Shown here one piece after another: positions 59,572-64,000 of a stretch of DNA of 64,000 nt. The position numbers and the translations under genes were made by a program. This stretch comes from Azolla caroliniana (taxonomy: Eukaryota > Plantae > Polypodiophyta), in the NCBI GenBank assembly GCA_043228905.1, contig JBHGNT010000014.1, forward strand, positions 4,464,001 through 4,528,000. The letters are read 5' to 3'. The notes beneath the pieces are model-generated. The model did no database searches and was not told where the DNA came from. It saw only the letters and a program-made list of their open reading frames with translations. The stretch's first letter is position 1. Every line of letters starts with the position of its first letter.

Positions 59572-62500
59572 TGTCATCATATGGCAAGACTCGAAACCAT
59601 GACCTTATGTTATATCGGTCAAGCTCTTGACCATTATACCATCTATTATAATATGTAGGATATTATTTTCATTAAAGTTTTATTCTAGGAAATTAATGTA
59701 TATTCCAAATTTCTCTGGAACATTCTAGAAGCTTTAGGATTACTCCTGAGAACACTATAAAAGAAGGCACTAGGCATTATTTTGAACCAAATTGGTTCAA
59801 CGCCAGTCTTAAGCCTCATAGCCATCTTGTACTTACTCTTCCTATAATATATCATATGTTATCATCATCTCTCTCTCGCTCGTCCTCACTCTCTCTCTCT
59901 CTTCTCTTCTCTTTCCTCCCTCTCGGGAGTCTTACGCAATCCCGTCCTCTTAGTATTAATAATACTTCCCTTCTCTAGTACTAATTCTCTCTCTGTTTAG
60001 TACTATTCCTGATAGTTTGAACCAATTTCCTCCTCTCTAGTCTTTCTTTTGGTTCCCTCATCCTCTTACCCTTTTTCTATACAATGGCTTCTGTTAGCGC
60101 CCAAGAATACCAATCCGTTTTCTCCGAGCTACAGTGTCTAAAAGAAAAATTTGTTGCCTTGGAACAAGAAAACCAACGGTTGTTAGGGGATCTTCAACAA
60201 ATCTCCCTAGAAAAACAACAAACACAACAACAACATGGGGAGTTGCAACAACAACATGGGGAGTTAGCGTTAGTGTGCAACAACTCGAAGCAGCGTTGCA
60301 ACAACAAGTATCAAGTCCCCACAGATTTCATAAAGATCCCAAGATTGGACTTCCTGTGAAATTTGATGGAACGCGGTCGCAATTTAGGGGATTCCTCAAT
60401 TAGGTACGCTTACTCATTCAAATGCATCCTTCTCGATACCCCACTGATGCATCCCGAGTCGGCCTAATAGGCACGTTGCTTAGCGGCTCAGCCTTGGCAT
60501 GGTTTGCTCCGCTTCTGGAAAAACAATCACCCTTACTTAATAACTTTGAAGACTTTATTAGTGAGTTTAAAGCTTGCTTTGGAGATACAGACAACATTCA
60601 GACGACGATCAACAAAATCCAACGATTGCGTCAAGGCGATCGTCCAACCTCTGCCTATGCAGCGGATTTCCATCTACTTGCTTCAGATATCCCCTGGGAT
60701 GATCAGGCACTAATGGAGTAGTTTCGCTACGACCTGCGAAACGATGTCAAAATTCTACTTCTAACCTTCCCCGAAGAACCAAAGTCTCTTACGGAGGCAA
60801 TCAGTTGAGCGGTCCGATGTGACAACCGCCTTTTCGAATGGCGTTCAGAACGTTAATTACAGATACCACGCTCTAGGCCGGAGCCCACTTACGCCTCAAT
60901 CGTGGCTAAACCATTTGCACGAGATATACCTCAAGCAAATACTCTGACACTGATGGAGATCGACACCATGCGTCGACGTGGCCCGTTATCGGAAGAAGAA
61001 AAGCAACGACAATGTGGAAATTGATTATGTCTTTATTGCGGTGGACCAGGGCATATCACAATCAATTGTCCATATAGGCCAAGAAGACAAGTAAATCAAA
61101 TCGTAGCCTGTACTAAACCCGAGTCAATTCTTCCCTTAGGAGTGTCTGATAGTATTAATAGTACTAATAGCCCAAGTATCTCACACAAATTTGAAATCCT
61201 TAGTCAATTAGATGAAGAGTTAAACGATTGAGTCCAACCAAAATAGGAGCTGTTTGGTTGGACAACCCTAGATCTGTACAACCCATTAGTGGTTCCATTC
61301 CCTCCAAGCAAGTTAGCAATGTGTTCCTAGCCCAAGTCATGGTTAGTACTAAAAGTACTCCCCTAGTACACGTCCTAGCACTTCTAGATTCCGGAGCTAA
61401 TTCTTGTTTTATGGATCGAAATTTTGCCCAAGCTTCTCAGATATCCTTAAGAAAACTTCCTTGCCCCGCATATGTAGTAATCATTGATGGTCGTCCCATT
61501 GCTTCCAGGAATATTGTAGAAGAGTCAGACCCCATTCAAGTTGTCCTAGGTAGTTTTGTGTGTGTAGTAGCATTTAACATAATTAGTAGTCCAAAGCATC
61601 CCATTGTCCTGGGATTACCTTGGTTTGAATTACATAATCCAGACATAGATTGGAGAACAAGAGAAGTCTGACATCGACAACCCCAAGAATCTATTCATCG
61701 AGTTTCGCCCATTTCACTACGTCAATTACGCAAAGAAGGACACAAGGAGGCATGTTCCTATTTGCAATATCAGTACATCCTTCCAACACTATTAAGGAGG
61801 AATCCTTAGTGCAACTTCCGGCGAAATATCATCCTTATGCCGATGTATTTGACAAGGTAAAAGCCGGTACTCTTCCTCATCATCGTCCCTATGATTGTCC
61901 CATCGATTTACAACTAGGAGTAGAGCCACCATGGGGACCAATTTACAACTTGTCACCCACCGAGTTAGAATTCCTTCGAGCCTACATAGAGGAGAACTTG
62001 GCAAGCGGGTCTATTCGTCATTCGAAATCTCCGGCCGGTGCACTCATCTTCTTTGTCAAGAAGAAAGATGGCTCACTTTGTCTTGTCGTTGATTACCGCG
62101 GCTTGAATAAAATCACCATCCGGAATAGGTATGCACTTCCTCTTATATCAAGTCTTTTAGAGCGAGTTAATGGTGCCAAGTTTTTTACAAAAATTGATCT
62201 ACGAGGAGCATATAACCTCGTGCGGATCCGACCAGGAGATGAATGGAAGACCGCCTTTCGCACACAGTATGGGCATTTCAAATATATTGTTATGCCGTTT
62301 GTTCTAACCAACGCACCCGCAATCTTCTAACACATGGCAAATGATATATTTAGAGACCTCTTGGATATTTGTTTGATCATCTATATGGATGATCTATTGA
62401 TTTATTCAAAGATCCAAGAAGAGCACGATTCTCATGTACTATTAGTACTAAAATGACTCCGCGAGAATGGTCTTTATGCCAGACTAGAAAAATGTAGCTT

Positions 62501-63160
62501 TGACTGCAAGCAAGTGGAATTTCTAGGCTACGTCATCTCCTCAAAGGGCATCTCCATGGATCCAGCTAAAGCCCAAACTGTGCTAGATTTGCAAATTCCA
62601 CGATCGGTACGAGATGTACAATGTTTTCTAGGTTTTGCTAACTTCTACCGCAAGTTTATACAGGATTACTCGAAGATTATTTTACCTCTCACACAACTTA
62701 CGAAGAAGGGAAAAGCATTTCTTTGGTCCAATGAAGCAGACATGGCTTTTCGGCATCTTAAGAAAGCCTTTAAATTAGTTCCTATTATAGCTCATGTGGA
62801 TACAAACAAACCATTCATCATGGAGGCCGACCCATCGGATTTCGCCCTTGGTAGCATCCTTTCTCAACAAGGAGATAAAGAAGAGTTACATCCTGTGGCT
62901 TTCCATTCGCGCAAATTCTGGCTTTCCATTTGCGCCAATTTGATGACGCGGAAATCAACTACGGAATACATGACAAGGAGTTATTAGCCATTGTGGATTT
63001 CTTTGTACAATGGCGGCTTTTCTTAGATGGCTCTCCACATCAGGTCATCGACTTTAGTGATCACAAAAATCTTGCTTATTTCCAGAACGCTCGGGTGCTA
63101 AATCGTGGAAAGCTCGGTGGTCTGAATTCCTCACGTGTTTTGACTTCAAAATCACATATC
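59572..63160 (+). mobile_element. Third Tcn1-like chromovirus copy: 5' LTR 59572-60014, gag, PR, RT, RNaseH; interrupted by a Copia
   Basis: Highly similar to 35846-38570; gag starts at ATG 60084; many stops; a 23-bp duplication near 62896-62941. Confidence 0.92.
61219..61270 (+). promoter_or_regulatory. -1 frameshift signal at the chromovirus gag/pol junction
   Basis: G TTA AAC, 6-nt spacer, perfect stem GTCCAACCAAA 61232-61242/TTTGGTTGGAC 61253-61263; pol lies in the -1 frame; same layout at 36650-36694. Confidence 0.72.
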
Positions 63161-64000
63161 TATGGTAAACGAGAAATAGAAAGAGAGGGAGAAAGGGAGA
63201 GAGAGAAAGAGAGGGAGAAAGAATGTTTTTATGATAATGTGTGTTTGTCTCTCTCTCTACAACCAACCAACCGACCACAGAGAGAGAATGTGGTGGTTAT
63301 AGGTGCACCCTATTTTTGGGGTGCACCTTTTCATATCATAAGGTTACGTTTTGTATTTACTTTCTTATTTACTTATTTACACTAATTAGTTTATTACAAC
63401 ACCCCCCCATAAACTAATTAGTTGTGAACCGTTGTAATCCTAAATTTTCACAACAAGTTTCAAATTTGTCCGGAGGGAGAGCCTTTGTTAGAAAATCAGC
63501 CCACATATGATTTGTTGATGTAAACTCTAATGTAAGCTTGTTTTCTTCGGCTAACTCTCGTATAAAGTGATATTTTAAATCCACATGTTTTGTTTTCTCT
63601 GAGTGCTTTGGATTCTTCGTTAAGTAGATGCATGATATATTGTCGCAGAAGATTTTCAATTGGAGTGGTCCACATAGTTGGAGTTCTTTTATCACTGTTT
63701 GCAACCATAATCCTTCTTTAGCAGCCAATGCCACTGCTACGAACTCAGCTTCAGCAGATGAGAGTGTCACAGATTCTTGTTTTTTCGATTGCCACGTCAC
63801 TGCTGCTCCTGCCATTATAAAAGAAAAACCAGCAGTAGATCTACGAGAATCAATGTCCCCCCCCCAATCCGAATCAGACCAACCAACAAGTGATTTGATT
63901 GGTCTTTCGGATTGGGATCGTTTATATGTTAATCCATAGTTAGATGTGTGTTTTAAATATCGCATAACTCGTTGAAGTGATTTCCAATGCATAAGACCAG
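63161..64000 (-). mobile_element. 3' end of a Copia: RT-RNaseH (63414 to window end), PPT 63402-63408, 3' LTR 63161-63401
   Basis: WSDSDWGG, SSAEAEF, CDN, KTKHVDLKYHF; G7 PPT followed by TGTTGTAA on the minus strand. Confidence 0.88.

Overview
Eukaryotic land-plant DNA, probably a non-seed plant such as a fern (inferred from the Tcn1-like chromoviruses and a plant EDR4-like gene). It is dominated by nested LTR retrotransposons. Contents: one very young, intact Tork/Tnt1-like Copia (11888-17214; TSD TATCT; near-identical LTRs; 1357-aa ORF); several decayed Copia pieces; pieces of a tRNA-Trp-primed Gypsy family; two non-chromoviral Gypsy pieces; three copies of a self-priming chromodomain Gypsy; a hAT MITE; and one host gene (EDR4-like zinc-ribbon protein, CDS exons 51753-51852, 52299-55079, 55718-56109). 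Most notable observations: (1) tRNA-like Pol III A/B-box cassettes with tRNA spacing, antisense inside the LTRs of two unrelated protein-coding Gypsy families, plus a related third cassette; (2) a Gypsy integrase continuing in frame into a coiled coil and a retropepsin-like protease domain; (3) a -1 frameshift signal (GGAUUUU + H-type pseudoknot with compensatory changes between two copies) placed after the protease, and a second one (GUUAAAC + 11-bp stem) in the chromovirus; (4) strong CCGG enrichment in young elements; (5) recurrent inverted junctions, including an internally inverted element that keeps its TSD. All calls are by eye from the sequence; no searches were run.
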